The notes: generated from the letters alone by a model not told the origin. A DNA stretch of 64,000 bases from an uncultured Chroococcidiopsis sp. (GCA_964248365.1 CAXTYC010000017.1:32001-96000), one strand, 5' to 3'. Positions 18,997-30,047 are shown, counted from the first letter of the stretch. A program made the numbers and translations.

Positions 18997-19605
18997 GGCG
19001 CTGGGTTCTTGTTTTGTAATAAGCAGCTGTTCGGGAATAAAAAGATTAACACTTTTGTACCTGCAACGCCTTCATAAATCCAGAAAATATTATCTTTGCG
19101 AAAGATGTGGGAATTGAAGATATGTTACAAAAATGCTAATCAAACAATATGACGGATGTTGCACAAACTCAAGCTGAAAAAGCTAATAATACAGATAAGG
19201 CAATTAGTGTATGCTTTTCTCTGTCATTAGGTTACTGAATTCATTTTTCATATTATTAACTATTGTAACATTTCTGAGAGGAGATTGCTACCTCCTACAC
19301 GTAAATGCTAAAAATACAAAGGATATTTAGCCTTTGAAGGCGTGGGCGATCGCTTTACTGACAATTGATTTTGTCTAAATAGGCTAGCACATACGAGCGT
19401 AACTGCTTAGCACAAACTAATCAGTAGTCTGCCTGACAAATGCATCTAAAAGACAGAAGACAGTAAATTTTTTAATATGCATGCACCTTAAATAATTATT
19501 GAATTTTTTCTGCAATTTTTTGTTAAATTTTCCTTAAAGTTTTTGTGAGATATGTCAGGTAGGCAATGGTGGGCTACTAGCTTAAAGTTTTTGATCTAAA
19601 GGTAA

Positions 19606-19626
19606 GGTGGGCATTGCCCACCCTAC
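19606..19626. repeat. REP-like palindrome GGTGGGCAWTGCCCACC(CTAC)
   Basis: Copies also at 31502-31522 and 34662-34682, each just 3' of a gene end. Confidence 0.8.
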
Positions 19627-19629
19627 TGT

Positions 19630-22600
19630 TTATTTGGCTAGAGCGACAAACTCTTGAATAGCTTTCACATCAAGAGGCTGAGTTTGCAGAGAACGGATAG
19701 CGGCGGCGGTGGCTCTTGCTCCGGCGATTGTAGTGATGATGGGGATTTTGTAAGCTAACGCTGTACGACGAATTAGCCTAGCATCGGTTTGTGCTTCTGA
19801 GCCAGAGGGTGAGTTGACGATCAGTTGAATTTGCCCATTTTTCATGGCATCCAGAACATGAGGGCGACCTTCATGCAGCTTGAGGATAAGGTCAACATTT
19901 AACCCATTTTCTTGCAAAACTTTGCGTGTACCGTCTGTTGCGACAACTTTAAAGCCTAGCTGGAGGAAGTCTTTGACTACGGGAACGACCAAGGGTTTAT
20001 CGCGTTCACTCATTGAGACAAACACTGTTCCACTTAGAGGTAATACCTCCCCTGCACCTAATTCCGCCTTAGCAAAAGCAAGACCAAAAGTGCTGTCAAT
20101 GCCCATCACTTCCCCAGTCGAGCGCATTTCTGGTCCTAAAATTGTATCCGTACCAGGAAACTTCTTAAACGGTAGAACGGCTTCTTTAACAGCAATATGG
20201 TTCGGTTTGGGTTCTTCGGTAAGTCCCAAAGACTCTAAAGTTTCACCCGCCATCACCAAAGAGGCAAGTTTGGCTAATGGTACACCAGTTGCCTTAGAAA
20301 CAAACGGTACAGTTCGAGAAGCACGGGGGTTAGCCTCCAAAATGTAAACTTGAGGATTATAACCATGCGCCTCGACTACGGCAAATTGGATATTCATCAA
20401 ACCAATTACCTTCAACGCCTGTGCCAGTTGCACCGTCCAGGTACGAATTTGATCTAAAACTGCCGCAGGTAAAGAAATCGCAGGTAACGAGCAAGCCGAA
20501 TCACCTGAATGAATTCCCGCCTGTTCGATGTGTTCCATGATACCACCGATCACTACTCTTCCGGTGTGATCGGCGATCGCATCCACATCTACTTCGATCG
20601 CATTCTCCAAAAACTTATCAATCAAAATCGGATGATCTGGCTCTACCTGAACAGCAAAAGTCATGTAGCGCTCTAAATCATTATCACTGTAGACAATTTC
20701 CATTGCCCGTCCGCCCAACACATAGCTAGGACGCACCACTACGGGATAACCAATTTTTTGCGCGATCGCCAAAGCATCTTCATAACTTCTGGCAATCCCA
20801 TTCGGCGGCTGAGTAATATTCAACTGATACAGAATCTTCTCAAACCTTTCGCGGTCTTCTGCGATATCAATTGAGTCTGGCGAAGTTCCCCAAATTTTGG
20901 TAATGATTCCTGAAAACTCACTTTGCGCCTTTGCGCCGGACACTTTGCCTCCTGTCGGAAACCCGCTATCGCTTGTGTCCTCGTCTTTGCGTGACAGAAA
21001 CTCTTGAAGTGGTACAGCCAACTTTAGCGGAGTTTGCCCGCCAAACTGAACAATTACCCCAATTGGATTTTCTGCCTCAATGATGTTTAGCACATCTTCC
21101 TTGGTCAAAGGCTCAAAGTAGAGGCGATCGCTTGTGTCATAATCGGTCGAAACTGTCTCTGGATTTGAGTTAACCATAATCGTTTCAAAACCAGCTGCTT
21201 TAAGAGCATAGCTAGCGTGACAACAACAATAGTCAAACTCAATACCTTGCCCAATGCGGTTAGGTCCACCACCCAAAATCATTACTTTCTGCTTGTCAGA
21301 ACCAAGTATTTCTGATTCATCTTCGTAAGTTGAGTAGTGGTAGGGGGTAAACGCCTCAAACTCTGCCGCACAGGTATCTACTGTTTTATAAACTGGGATT
21401 ACACCTAGAGAATGGCGATAGGCACGGACAGAATCTTCTGTTGTTTTCGTAGCAAAAGCGATTTGGCGATCGCTAAATCCTTGTTTTTTCACTGCATATA
21501 ATTGCTCTTTTGTCAACTGCTCTAACGTAGTTCGTTTGAGAAACTTCTCAGTATCGAGCAAGGATTGCATCTGATCCAAGAACCAGGGATCGATACCAGT
21601 TAGCTCGTAGATTTCCTCAACACTCATCCCCAGTAGCATCGCGTGACGCAGGGCAAAAATTCGCTCTGGATTGGGTGTCCGCAGCTGGGCGCGGATTTGT
21701 TCACCACTGGGCAGCTTTTCGGTTTTGTCGCAACCCCAGCCAGCCCGACCTGTTTCTAGGGATCTGAGTGCTTTTTGAAACGATTCGTTAAACGTCCGCC
21801 CGATCGCCATTGCTTCCCCTACTGACTTCATTTGCGTCGTCAGCACTGGTTCCGAACCAGGAAACTTTTCAAACGCAAATCGGGGAACTTTTGTCACCAC
21901 ATAGTCAATAGTAGGCTCAAACGACGCTGGTGTTTTCTTAGTAATGTCGTTGCTAATTTCATCCAACGTGTAGCCGATCGCCAATTTCGCCGCAAACTTA
22001 GCAATGGGAAACCCCGTAGCTTTGGAAGCCAAAGCCGAACTACGAGAAACACGGGGGTTCATTTCAATCACAACCACATCCCCATTGACGGGATTGACAG
22101 CAAACTGGATATTAGAACCGCCAGTTTCTACACCTATCTCGCGGATGATTTTAATTGCCGCATCGCGTAGGCGCTGATATTCTTTATCTGTCAAGGTTTG
22201 GGCTGGAGCGACGGTAATTGAATCTCCGGTATGAATACCCATCGGATCGATATTTTCAATCGAGCAGATAATCACAACGTTATCTGCCAAATCACGCATT
22301 ACTTCAAGTTCGTATTCTTTCCAACCGAGCAGAGATTGATCGATCAGAATTTGTGAAACTGGACTAGCATCAATACCCGCTTGTGCCATTTCCTCAAATT
22401 CTTCTTGGTTGTAGGAAATACCGCCACCACTACCGCCCATAGTAAAGGCGGGACGGATAATTAGGGGATAAGTGCCAATTTCACGGGCGATCGCTTTGGC
22501 TTCTTCTAAAGTGGAGGCTGTACCACTGGGACACATTTTCACCCCAATTCGATCCATCGCCTCTTTAAATAGTTGCCGATCTTCGGCTTTCTCAATCGCT

Positions 22601-22962
22601 GGTAACTTAGCTCCAATTAGCTCAACATTGTACTTATCTAATACTCCATTGTGAGCCAACGCCACAGCAATATTCAGCGCTGTTTGTCCTCCCATCGTTG
22701 GCAATAATGCATCTGGTCGTTCCTTGGCAATTACCTTTTCGACCAATTCCGGTGTGAGTGGTTCGATATAAGTTCGATCTGCCGTTTCCGGATCGGTCAT
22801 AATTGTAGCGGGGTTAGAATTGACCAGCACCACTTGGTAGCCTTCTTCGCGCAGGGCTTTACAGGCTTGCGTACCTGAGTAGTCAAACTCGCAGGCTTGC
22901 CCAATTACAATAGGACCAGAACCAAGCAGCAGAATTTTGCGGATATCTTTGCGGCGGGGCAT
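19630..22962 (-). CDS. carB: Carbamoyl-phosphate synthase large subunit
   Basis: [17 protein letters not shown], duplicated ATP-grasp domains, MGS-like C-terminus. Confidence 0.98.
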   Translation of the reverse strand: MPRRKDIRKILLLGSGPIVIGQACEFDYSGTQACKALREEGYQVVLVNSNPATIMTDPETADRTYIEPLTPELVEKVIAKERPDALLPTMGGQTALNIAVALAHNGVLDKYNVELIGAKLPAIEKAEDRQLFKEAMDRIGVKMCPSGTASTLEEAKAIAREIGTYPLIIRPAFTMGGSGGGISYNQEEFEEMAQAGIDASPVSQILIDQSLLGWKEYELEVMRDLADNVVIICSIENIDPMGIHTGDSITVAPAQTLTDKEYQRLRDAAIKIIREIGVETGGSNIQFAVNPVNGDVVVIEMNPRVSRSSALASKATGFPIAKFAAKLAIGYTLDEISNDITKKTPASFEPTIDYVVTKVPRFAFEKFPGSEPVLTTQMKSVGEAMAIGRTFNESFQKALRSLETGRAGWGCDKTEKLPSGEQIRAQLRTPNPERIFALRHAMLLGMSVEEIYELTGIDPWFLDQMQSLLDTEKFLKRTTLEQLTKEQLYAVKKQGFSDRQIAFATKTTEDSVRAYRHSLGVIPVYKTVDTCAAEFEAFTPYHYSTYEDESEILGSDKQKVMILGGGPNRIGQGIEFDYCCCHASYALKAAGFETIMVNSNPETVSTDYDTSDRLYFEPLTKEDVLNIIEAENPIGVIVQFGGQTPLKLAVPLQEFLSRKDEDTSDSGFPTGGKVSGAKAQSEFSGIITKIWGTSPDSIDIAEDRERFEKILYQLNITQPPNGIARSYEDALAIAQKIGYPVVVRPSYVLGGRAMEIVYSDNDLERYMTFAVQVEPDHPILIDKFLENAIEVDVDAIADHTGRVVIGGIMEHIEQAGIHSGDSACSLPAISLPAAVLDQIRTWTVQLAQALKVIGLMNIQFAVVEAHGYNPQVYILEANPRASRTVPFVSKATGVPLAKLASLVMAGETLESLGLTEEPKPNHIAVKEAVLPFKKFPGTDTILGPEMRSTGEVMGIDSTFGLAFAKAELGAGEVLPLSGTVFVSMSERDKPLVVPVVKDFLQLGFKVVATDGTRKVLQENGLNVDLILKLHEGRPHVLDAMKNGQIQLIVNSPSGSEAQTDARLIRRTALAYKIPIITTIAGARATAAAIRSLQTQPLDVKAIQEFVALAK
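20921..20996. repeat. Small dispersed repeat with nested hairpin, inserted in frame in carB
   Basis: CTTTGCGCCTTTGCG-[GGACAC...GTGTCC]-TCTTTGCGTGACA; encodes [24 protein letters not shown]. Confidence 0.75.
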
Positions 22963-23077
22963 AGTCGTTTGTTTAGTTCTGAGTATGAGTATTCAAATCC
23001 TGACTATTGTAAGCGTCTTTCCCCACAACTAAAGTTGTCTATTTAGCAACTTTTCCAAGGATTGATCATTTATTTGA

Positions 23078-23213
23078 GGGGCTAGAGGCTAGGGGCTAGG
23101 GACTAGTAAAGAGAGCTGGGGAGGCTGGGGAGGCTGGGGGATCTGGGGGGAAATTACCTTTTCCCTTTTCCCTTTTCCCTTTTCCCTTTCCCCTAGCCTC
23201 TAGCCCCTAGCCC
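23078..23213. repeat. STRR cluster: (GGGGCTA)n / (GCTGGGGAG)n / (CCCTTTT)n / (TAGCCCC)n
   Basis: Tandem 7-9-mers, with the outer arrays inverted relative to each other. Confidence 0.85.
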
Positions 23214-23762
23214 CTAATGTCTGCCTCCCATGAATCCCAGTGTCAGGCTGTCATGGGCGAGGAAGTGACCGAGATGGTAAGCTCTTTCTTCGGTTTTGAT
23301 CAGGATTGTTTCGTATAGATAGCGGGTAGCGCGATCGCCTAAACTTTCTGCTTGGGCAGCTTGGCGACGAATTAGACTAATTATCGCTTGCTCGGCGGCT
23401 AAGTCATGTTCGACCATTTGGCGGCAAAGATATACACCGTCCTGTTCCTGCTCAAAGCAGCACAATTGGGCTAATTTGCTAAAGCTAGCTACTGGAACGC
23501 CACCTAGTCCATCCAAGCGTTCGCCAATATCATGGGCGTGTCCTTGAACTTGTTCGTAGCTCTCGCTAAAAAACTGATGCAGCATATAAAATTCTGCACC
23601 TTCAACCACGAAATGATGCTTTTGATATTGCAGATACAAGCCCTGAAAACTCGCAAGGGCAATGTTTAACCCTTCACACACAGGCATCGTGACACTACGA
23701 TCCAGCAGAATGGGATTGTCATATACCTGACCAAAGTTGCGTAATAAAGCGGCTTCTGACAT
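23214..23762 (-). CDS. dps: Dps family ferritin-like DNA-protection protein
   Basis: [41 protein letters not shown]. Confidence 0.92.
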   Translation of the reverse strand: MSEAALLRNFGQVYDNPILLDRSVTMPVCEGLNIALASFQGLYLQYQKHHFVVEGAEFYMLHQFFSESYEQVQGHAHDIGERLDGLGGVPVASFSKLAQLCCFEQEQDGVYLCRQMVEHDLAAEQAIISLIRRQAAQAESLGDRATRYLYETILIKTEERAYHLGHFLAHDSLTLGFMGGRH

Positions 23763-24007
23763 AGTTTTCCTCCCTTTTTGGCAGTTTTAATTGCCGACTG
23801 CTTCAATCCACTAACATTATCCCTTTTTAGTCAATCCCCACCCTTGGGGTTAATTCATATTTTGCACCAGTCTTTAATAGAGGCTGAGTCTGGATACAGC
23901 TATTACCCAGACTTCCTCTGGCTACTAGATAGGGGAGAAAGGTGCAAGATGTCGAGTTAAGAAACGCGATCCCACTTTTCACCCTCTTTGTCTTCATAAA
24001 TTCTTAT

Positions 24008-24050
24008 TAATGCAAATTTATTGCAAAAGTCTTGAGAATTATTTGCAGTT
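24008..24050. promoter_or_regulatory. Possible Fur/PerR-type boxes in the dps-divergent promoter
   Basis: TGCAAATTTATTGCA and TGAGAATTATTTGCA AT-rich inverted motifs, next to iron-related genes. Confidence 0.4.
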
Positions 24051-24155
24051 AGGATATGCTAATGGCTAGATGCTGAACTCTCACAGTTACTAAAAGTGAG
24101 AGTTGCAGCTATTCAAAGCTAGTGCGAGTTAATTTCGGCTTCGGAGGAAATTGTT

Positions 24156-24407
24156 TTGACGTTGGGTTGTCAATCAGAATTCAAGAAGATAGTTGATGTC
24201 AATAGGGCAGATCGGTGGCAAGTGTATCACCGCTTACAAGAGTTAGATATTCCTTGTTCGTGCGCCACAGAGCAGCCATTGATAGTTCACATTGCTAATG
24301 TAGTGTCGGCGGTTCAAATTTGGAGTGTTTCAAGGCAATTTACCTGTTCTCGTCAAGATTTGGTGTGGTGGCTAAAGCGCTGCTGGCAGTATAACCAGCA
24401 GCGTTAA
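24156..24407 (+). CDS. Asr1405/Asl0597 family protein
   Basis: ADRWQVYHRLQELDIPCSC...WLKRCW. Confidence 0.8.
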   Translation: MTLGCQSEFKKIVDVNRADRWQVYHRLQELDIPCSCATEQPLIVHIANVVSAVQIWSVSRQFTCSRQDLVWWLKRCWQYNQQR

Positions 24408-24444
24408 TTGTATTCATATTTAAAATCAGAGAGGTTACAAAAAG

Positions 24445-25080
24445 ATGAGTAAATTTCATTTTGGTAAAGAAGTCTCAGCCTTTAGCCTGGAAGGAAAGCT
24501 TCTAGGTTTTGAGTTTGAAGATGGCTATAAGCGCAAATATCTACGGATAGAGAGTTTAGAAGGTGAATACTACTGCATCAAACTTGCCAAATACTTAAGA
24601 TCATCCTTCGAGTTAGATTTGCAGCTAGGGGATTGGGTGCAGATTTTTGGGGAAAAGAAGTTTGACTCTAAAAAAGGCACTCTCAAACTGAAAGCCAGTC
24701 GAGTAATTTTGGCAGGTAACAAACAAACCAAAACGCCTGTTCCATCCAAACCCAAGCCTATACAAGGCAAAGCTAATATTTTGGTGTGTCAAAAGTCTGA
24801 TTGCATGAAACGCGGTGGAAAAGGAGTTTGTCAGGCTTTGCAAGCAGCTATAAGCGATCGCGGTTTAGAAAACCAGGTAGCAATCAAAGGAACTGGTTGT
24901 CTCAAACAGTGCAAAGCGGGACCAAATGTGATAATGCCAGATAAAACCCGTTACACTCGCATTCAAGCAGAGCAAATCCCCGAAGTGATTGACAGACATT
25001 TCCCAGCCCCAAGTGTCGATGAGCAGTCAGCCAGGGAAAAAGAATTAGCAACCGTCGGGATAGCACAGCATTGCGATTAA
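24445..25080 (+). CDS. Thioredoxin-like [2Fe-2S] ferredoxin domain protein
   Basis: VCQKSDCMKRGG...TGCLKQCKAGPN; N-terminal OB-like region. Confidence 0.85.
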   Translation: MSKFHFGKEVSAFSLEGKLLGFEFEDGYKRKYLRIESLEGEYYCIKLAKYLRSSFELDLQLGDWVQIFGEKKFDSKKGTLKLKASRVILAGNKQTKTPVPSKPKPIQGKANILVCQKSDCMKRGGKGVCQALQAAISDRGLENQVAIKGTGCLKQCKAGPNVIMPDKTRYTRIQAEQIPEVIDRHFPAPSVDEQSAREKELATVGIAQHCD

Positions 25081-25243
25081 ATGAAAATAATTGACAATAA
25101 CTTAGAGGCGGGACACTCATCTAAGTTTATGACAATCTTTTGCAATTTCTGAGCAAGAAAGGGTAATTTCGATACAAATATACACATTTGAAACAATTAT
25201 TAAATGCTTTAATATAGAAAGGCAAAAAAGAATTTTTTAAATA

Positions 25244-25567
25244 ATGAATCCGAGTATTGTAGCCGCGATCGCCTACGGTATTTTAGCGATAATTGGCGGC
25301 ATTATTGGATACATTCAAGCTCGGAGTAAAGCATCGCTCATCTCTGGGATAATCAGCGGCGTACTACTGATTATCGGCGGAGTAATGCAATTACAGGGAC
25401 AATCCTGGGGGCTGATCTTGGCATCAGTTGTTACAGTTTGTCTAATAATTGTATTTGCAATGCGGCTAACTAAAACCCGCAAATTTATGCCAGCAGGATT
25501 GATGACTGTGCTAGGTGTAGCTGCATTAGTAATTATGCTTAAAGAGGGGCTAGGGGCTAGAGGCTAG
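25244..25567 (+). CDS. TMEM14/FAX1-family membrane protein
   Basis: YGILAIIGGIIGY...SKASLISG...RKFMPAGL. Confidence 0.88.
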   Translation: MNPSIVAAIAYGILAIIGGIIGYIQARSKASLISGIISGVLLIIGGVMQLQGQSWGLILASVVTVCLIIVFAMRLTKTRKFMPAGLMTVLGVAALVIMLKEGLGARG

Positions 25568-25606
25568 GGGCTAGTGTTGAGGACAACAAGGGCAAGGGAG
25601 AATTAA

Positions 25607-25924
25607 CTATTCTAACTTCTGACTTGTGACTCCTGACTCCTGAGTGCTGACTTCTGACTCCTGTTTATACATAATCTTCAGCACCAAAATCATAGAGGCG
25701 AAAAGAAAGGTGACGATGTTTGCCGCAATAATCGGAATATTTTGAATATAAAAGCCGTATACTAACCACAAAATAATTCCTGTACACAGAACAATCAGCA
25801 TACTCCAAGAAAGATCGTGCGCTGATTTCGTTTGCCAAGTTTTGATTAGTTGGGGTAAATAGGCGATCGTTGTGAGTACTCCTGCTATTAGCCCTAGAGC
25901 GGTGATAAAATCAAATTCTTCCAT
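25607..25924 (-). CDS. SemiSWEET (PQ-loop) sugar transporter
   Basis: LTTIAYLPQLIKTWQTKSAHDLS...LWLVYG...PIIAAN. Confidence 0.9.
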   Translation of the reverse strand: MEEFDFITALGLIAGVLTTIAYLPQLIKTWQTKSAHDLSWSMLIVLCTGIILWLVYGFYIQNIPIIAANIVTFLFASMILVLKIMYKQESEVSTQESGVTSQKLE

Positions 25925-26387
25925 TTGAGTACCCTACCTGTTTTTTTCCAATCTCACCAGTGCCGACATTTTAGCCTTTGTTGCACACAACCACAAATAA
26001 GATCAAAAGTCATTCGTAGCTCAGCAATGCCCACAGGGGTAAAAATAATTGCAAAAATATCGAAATTTTTTAGGTTTAAGCCAACGGGATGAATTAGTTT
26101 TGTTGTACAATAGTTTTACTTAATAATGGAAATCTATGCGCTTTTGAAAATTTGGCACAGATTTCCATTATGAAATAAGCATATCAGAAAACTCCCTGCA
26201 TATCAACCCACATCTTGCCTTTTTGTCCTGACTTTTAGCTATTTTTAATGGCGTTGCACAATTAAGAGATAATATTGTTTGTTTTTCTTTGCGGCTACTC
26301 GTTTGATGCGTCGAGACGCAACACCTTTTTAATTGAATAAATTCGGGCATAATTTCTTTGTTTTTTACGGTGGGCATGGGTGGCGTA

Positions 26388-27530
26388 CTACTCCCGCAGA
26401 ATTCCCATACCAGCTTCTCTTTCGATATAATCTGCTAAATTGATAAAATCATCGCGGGGATGACATTTCCCCCCAATCAATTGAAATGCTAACTCGCTTG
26501 ATGGGTTTTCAGGATTTTCTAGAATATGAATGCCCCAGTAATAAAGTTGATCTGAGGTGCGAATACAGACTTTTTCTGGATCTATACAGTGAAACTTATC
26601 ATCAGTTTGACTGATTTCTTTGTATGTATCTAAGAAAGCATTTCTTAGCAGCTTTAGACGTTTTATACCTGGAACTTTAAAATTATTTACCAGAACAAAT
26701 AAGTGAGCAGTTTTATTGATTTCCCTGATTTTTTTTACAGTGTCTTGAATTACGATACCATGTTTGTTTATTCCTAAAGGATTTAAAGTAGTAGGGATAA
26801 CGCAATAATCAAATCGCTCAACTAGTTCTTTAGGATTGCGCTCAAGTGCAGGTGAACAATCACAAATTACTATTTTGCAATCACGGGCAGCATTTTCATC
26901 CCAGTCTCTGGCATCATATACTTCGATAGTTGTACCAACACCTTGCTTTTTGGGAACGTAAACACCATCACCTACAAGTTTTTGTAAATTTTGTTCTGGA
27001 TCTAAATCTACAATAGCAACATTGAATCCTTGCAGAGCAAATGCACCTGCTAAATGTGCTGATACTGTTGTTTTACCTACACCACCTTTGCAAGTAAAAA
27101 CGCCGAAATATATCTTTTCTTTCGGGGGTTGGGGTGATGGCTCATCTGATTCACCGTTAACCCAAATAATCTCGTTTTCGCCAGCGACTCCACAACGGAT
27201 ATTAGTATCTTTACCCCAGGATTTGATTAAAGCACGGGCTGAGCCGCTGTAATCTTTTGTTGTAACAAAAATACCATAATTAAACTGTTGCCCTGCTTTG
27301 GAATCTAAAAAATCAACAAACTTTAAAATTTGTGGTGCTGCTACATTGTTTTTTAGCCATTTTACCTGAACAGCAGCAACTACATCTCCTTTGCTGACAA
27401 CTAAATCATAGCCTGCCTGATTTTGTTGAGGAGTTACAACAGTCCAACCGTGTCTATGGAAAATTCTTGCTACGTGCTGCTCGAAGTGGGTAAAGTCTTG
27501 TATGTAGGGTGGCTCTAAGGATGAGGACAT
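26388..27530 (-). CDS. Mrr-type restriction endonuclease domain fused to a ParA/MinD ATPase
   Basis: FEQHVARIF...GYDLVV...AVQVK (PD-(D/E)xK, Q-x-K Mrr type); deviant Walker A CKGGVGKTT, VDLDPEQN, ICDCSP; ATG 27530 preferred. Confidence 0.82.
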   Translation of the reverse strand: MSSSLEPPYIQDFTHFEQHVARIFHRHGWTVVTPQQNQAGYDLVVSKGDVVAAVQVKWLKNNVAAPQILKFVDFLDSKAGQQFNYGIFVTTKDYSGSARALIKSWGKDTNIRCGVAGENEIIWVNGESDEPSPQPPKEKIYFGVFTCKGGVGKTTVSAHLAGAFALQGFNVAIVDLDPEQNLQKLVGDGVYVPKKQGVGTTIEVYDARDWDENAARDCKIVICDCSPALERNPKELVERFDYCVIPTTLNPLGINKHGIVIQDTVKKIREINKTAHLFVLVNNFKVPGIKRLKLLRNAFLDTYKEISQTDDKFHCIDPEKVCIRTSDQLYYWGIHILENPENPSSELAFQLIGGKCHPRDDFINLADYIEREAGMGILRE

Positions 27531-27561
27531 AGATAGCAACCATTTTCCCAGGAGTGGGGGT

Positions 27562-27707
27562 GGGTTTAACAGACATATCTGTGAGAAAACAGACAATCTT
27601 GAAAAACTGACTCCTACTTATTAAAACCCTTATTTGATCTGATGTCTACAGGTGGGGGGCGGGTTTAACAGACATATCTGTGAGAAAACAGACAATCTTG
27701 AAAAACT
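27562..27707. repeat. Perfect 47-bp direct repeat (27562-27608 and 27661-27707)
   Basis: GGGTTTAACAGACATATCTGTGAGAAAACAGACAATCTTGAAAAACT twice, with REP-like GGGGCGGG...CCCCTAC flanks. Confidence 0.9.
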
Positions 27708-27712
27708 TGCCC

Positions 27713-28046
27713 CTACGGATTTTGGTTTTCTCCGTCTCGTCGCAGTAGATAGGAAAATAAATTTTCCAACCTTTCCACAGCAGCATTGAGACTTACTAAG
27801 TTTGCATCTGTCCTTGTTTTGTATTCCTCAAATTCTTGTCTTCTTTCTTCGGCATCTTCGCGCAGAATCTCAACTGCTCTCTCGAGTTCTACCGGAAGCT
27901 TCAGCCAAAACATTTACTGAAGCTCTAACTTCTGCAATGGCGTTGCTGTTAGCTTCAATTGCTTTAGCGTTTGAATCTATTCTGTAAGAAAGTGCTTTTA
28001 CTAATGCTTCAATTCTGTCTAAACGGTCAGAGTTATAATTGGTCAT
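27713..28046 (-). pseudogene. Small coiled-coil protein split by a 1-nt frameshift
   Basis: ATG 28046 gives MTNYNSDRLDRIEALV...VNVLAEAS; removing one base near 27893 continues as VELERAVEILREDAEERRQ...ENQNP. Confidence 0.65.
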
Positions 28047-28283
28047 TGGCTGTTGGAATGAGTAGATTTACACTAATTTTAAATGTTAGAGCTATGAGTG
28101 CGATCGCACCAGACAAAAAGGCGATCAAATAAGTGCGATCGCCTTTGCATATAGTCTGGTAAGTTAAACCCTTAGATAGGCATAGCTTAACTTTACAAAT
28201 GGGTAGCAATTGCATCGTGACTTAACTGCTATAACAGGGAAAACTAAAGTTATAGCAATTATTATCCGCCCCAGGAGATATGT

Positions 28284-29963
28284 ATGAGTCGCGTGAACAT
28301 TCATGGTGCTGAGTATCCAATTGGTAAAGTATTTAGCGATGAATTTGTCTTCACTATTCCTCTTTATCAACGTCCCTATGCTTGGAGTACTGAGCAAGCT
28401 GGGGAAATGCTTGAAGACTTTTTATCATTTTTGTCAGATAATAACGACTCGGTAGAGGAAATCAATCCCTACTTTCTAGGTAGCATAGTGCTGATCAAAG
28501 CAGATAAACCAGATGCTCAAGTCGTAGATGGACAGCAACGTTTAACTACCTTGACTATCCTGCTAGCAGCTTTACGAGCATCAGTACCTATTGAACACAC
28601 AAACGATTTAACTACATATCTTTACCAAAAAGGCAGTTCGATTGCTGGTACTCCTAACCGTTATCGTTTGACTTTACGTGAGCGAGATGCACAATTTTTT
28701 CAGCAATACATTCAGGATGAAGTAGGTATTAATCAGCTAGAAAATTTAAACTCTGCCCAGCTTTCCGATAGTCAGCAAAACATGAAAGATAATGCTCTCT
28801 TATTCCTCAAGCGCTTGCAAGAAATTTCTGAATTAGAACGACTTCGCCTTGCACAGTTCATTGTTAATCGGTGTTTCTTAGTAGTAGTTTCTACTCCTGA
28901 TTTTGAGTCGGCATATAGAATATTTTCTGTGCTGAACGACAGAGGTTTGAATCTATCTCATACTGACATTCTTAAAGCTGAAATAATCGGTCAAATACCT
29001 AGTCAGCAACAGGAAAAATACAGCGTTAAGTGGGAATATATCGAGGAGAAACTGGGACGCGAGATGTTCCAAGATCTCTTTACTCACATCAGAATGATTT
29101 ATCGCAAGGCGAAACCCCGTGAAAGCGTACTCAAAGAATTTCGTCAATATGTTCGACCTACTGATAATCCTCCTCAGTTTATAGATGAAACTTTACGTCC
29201 TCTTGCTGATGCCTTTTTTGATATTAAAAATGCCACCTATCAAAGCGCTAAGTATGCAGATGAAATTAATAAAATATTTAGGTGGTTAAATAGGATAGAT
29301 AATTTTGATTGGGTTCCTGCCGCCATTCTTTATCTATCACAAAATTACAACAAAAATGAAAATTTATTGCGTTTCTTTTACGATCTGGAACGCCTCACCG
29401 CAGGTTTATTTATTCGTCGAACCGATCTTAATGGACGAGTTGAACGTTATAGCAAACTGCTAACTGCTATTGAATGTGGGGAAGACTTATACAAAACAGA
29501 TTCACCTCTCCAACTTACGCCGAAAGAGCAAAATGATATCCTGCAAAACCTGAATGCCGATTTCTTAATTCTGAAAATTCGCCGCTATGTCTTGCTACGT
29601 CTAGATACTGCACTCTCTGAGGGTGAAGCGATGTACAACTTCCCTATCATTACTGTCGAACACGTCCTACCGCAACACCCAGCTCATAATAGTGTTTGGA
29701 TCAGGTGGTTTCCTGACAAGGAAAAACGGGAAAAATATGTACATTGTTTAGGAAACCTACTTTTACTTTCTAAGGCGAAAAACAACCAAGCGCAAAACTA
29801 TGACTTTGATGAGAAAAAGCGCCAGTATTTTACCACCGCTAAAGGTGTTTCCTCGTTTGCGCTGACTACCCAAGTGCTGCGGGAACAAAAATGGACACCT
29901 GAAGTAATCGAACGACGACAGAAGGAATTAATAGGTGTTCTTAAACAAGTTTGGCGTTTATAA
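28284..29963 (+). CDS. Fused GmrSD-type (DUF262 + DUF1524/HNH) type IV restriction-like protein
   Basis: IPLYQRPYAW, YFLGSIV, VDGQQRLTT, FSVLNDRGL (DUF262); TVEHVLPQ, LGNLLLLS..KN (DUF1524). Confidence 0.9.
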   Translation: MSRVNIHGAEYPIGKVFSDEFVFTIPLYQRPYAWSTEQAGEMLEDFLSFLSDNNDSVEEINPYFLGSIVLIKADKPDAQVVDGQQRLTTLTILLAALRASVPIEHTNDLTTYLYQKGSSIAGTPNRYRLTLRERDAQFFQQYIQDEVGINQLENLNSAQLSDSQQNMKDNALLFLKRLQEISELERLRLAQFIVNRCFLVVVSTPDFESAYRIFSVLNDRGLNLSHTDILKAEIIGQIPSQQQEKYSVKWEYIEEKLGREMFQDLFTHIRMIYRKAKPRESVLKEFRQYVRPTDNPPQFIDETLRPLADAFFDIKNATYQSAKYADEINKIFRWLNRIDNFDWVPAAILYLSQNYNKNENLLRFFYDLERLTAGLFIRRTDLNGRVERYSKLLTAIECGEDLYKTDSPLQLTPKEQNDILQNLNADFLILKIRRYVLLRLDTALSEGEAMYNFPIITVEHVLPQHPAHNSVWIRWFPDKEKREKYVHCLGNLLLLSKAKNNQAQNYDFDEKKRQYFTTAKGVSSFALTTQVLREQKWTPEVIERRQKELIGVLKQVWRL

Positions 29964-30047
29964 GTATGAGGCTGGCGTGATGTAATTAAACCACCAATTG
30001 AGATAAGAATAAGGAAAGCCATCTCTCATCTCACATAGCTAATCATC

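Noticed and set aside
20921..20996. Intein or intron in carB
   Set aside because: Far too short, with no splicing motifs; explained by a dispersed repeat
19880..22654. Antisense ORFs inside carB, and similar shadow ORFs across psbA, amiC and the kinases
   Set aside because: They fully overlap well-supported genes and have no motifs
26168..26377. 69-aa ORF downstream of Mrr-ParA
   Set aside because: Starts within a REP-like repeat and has no recognisable features
27562..27707. Possible CRISPR array
   Set aside because: Only two 47-bp copies, REP-like flanks and no cas genes
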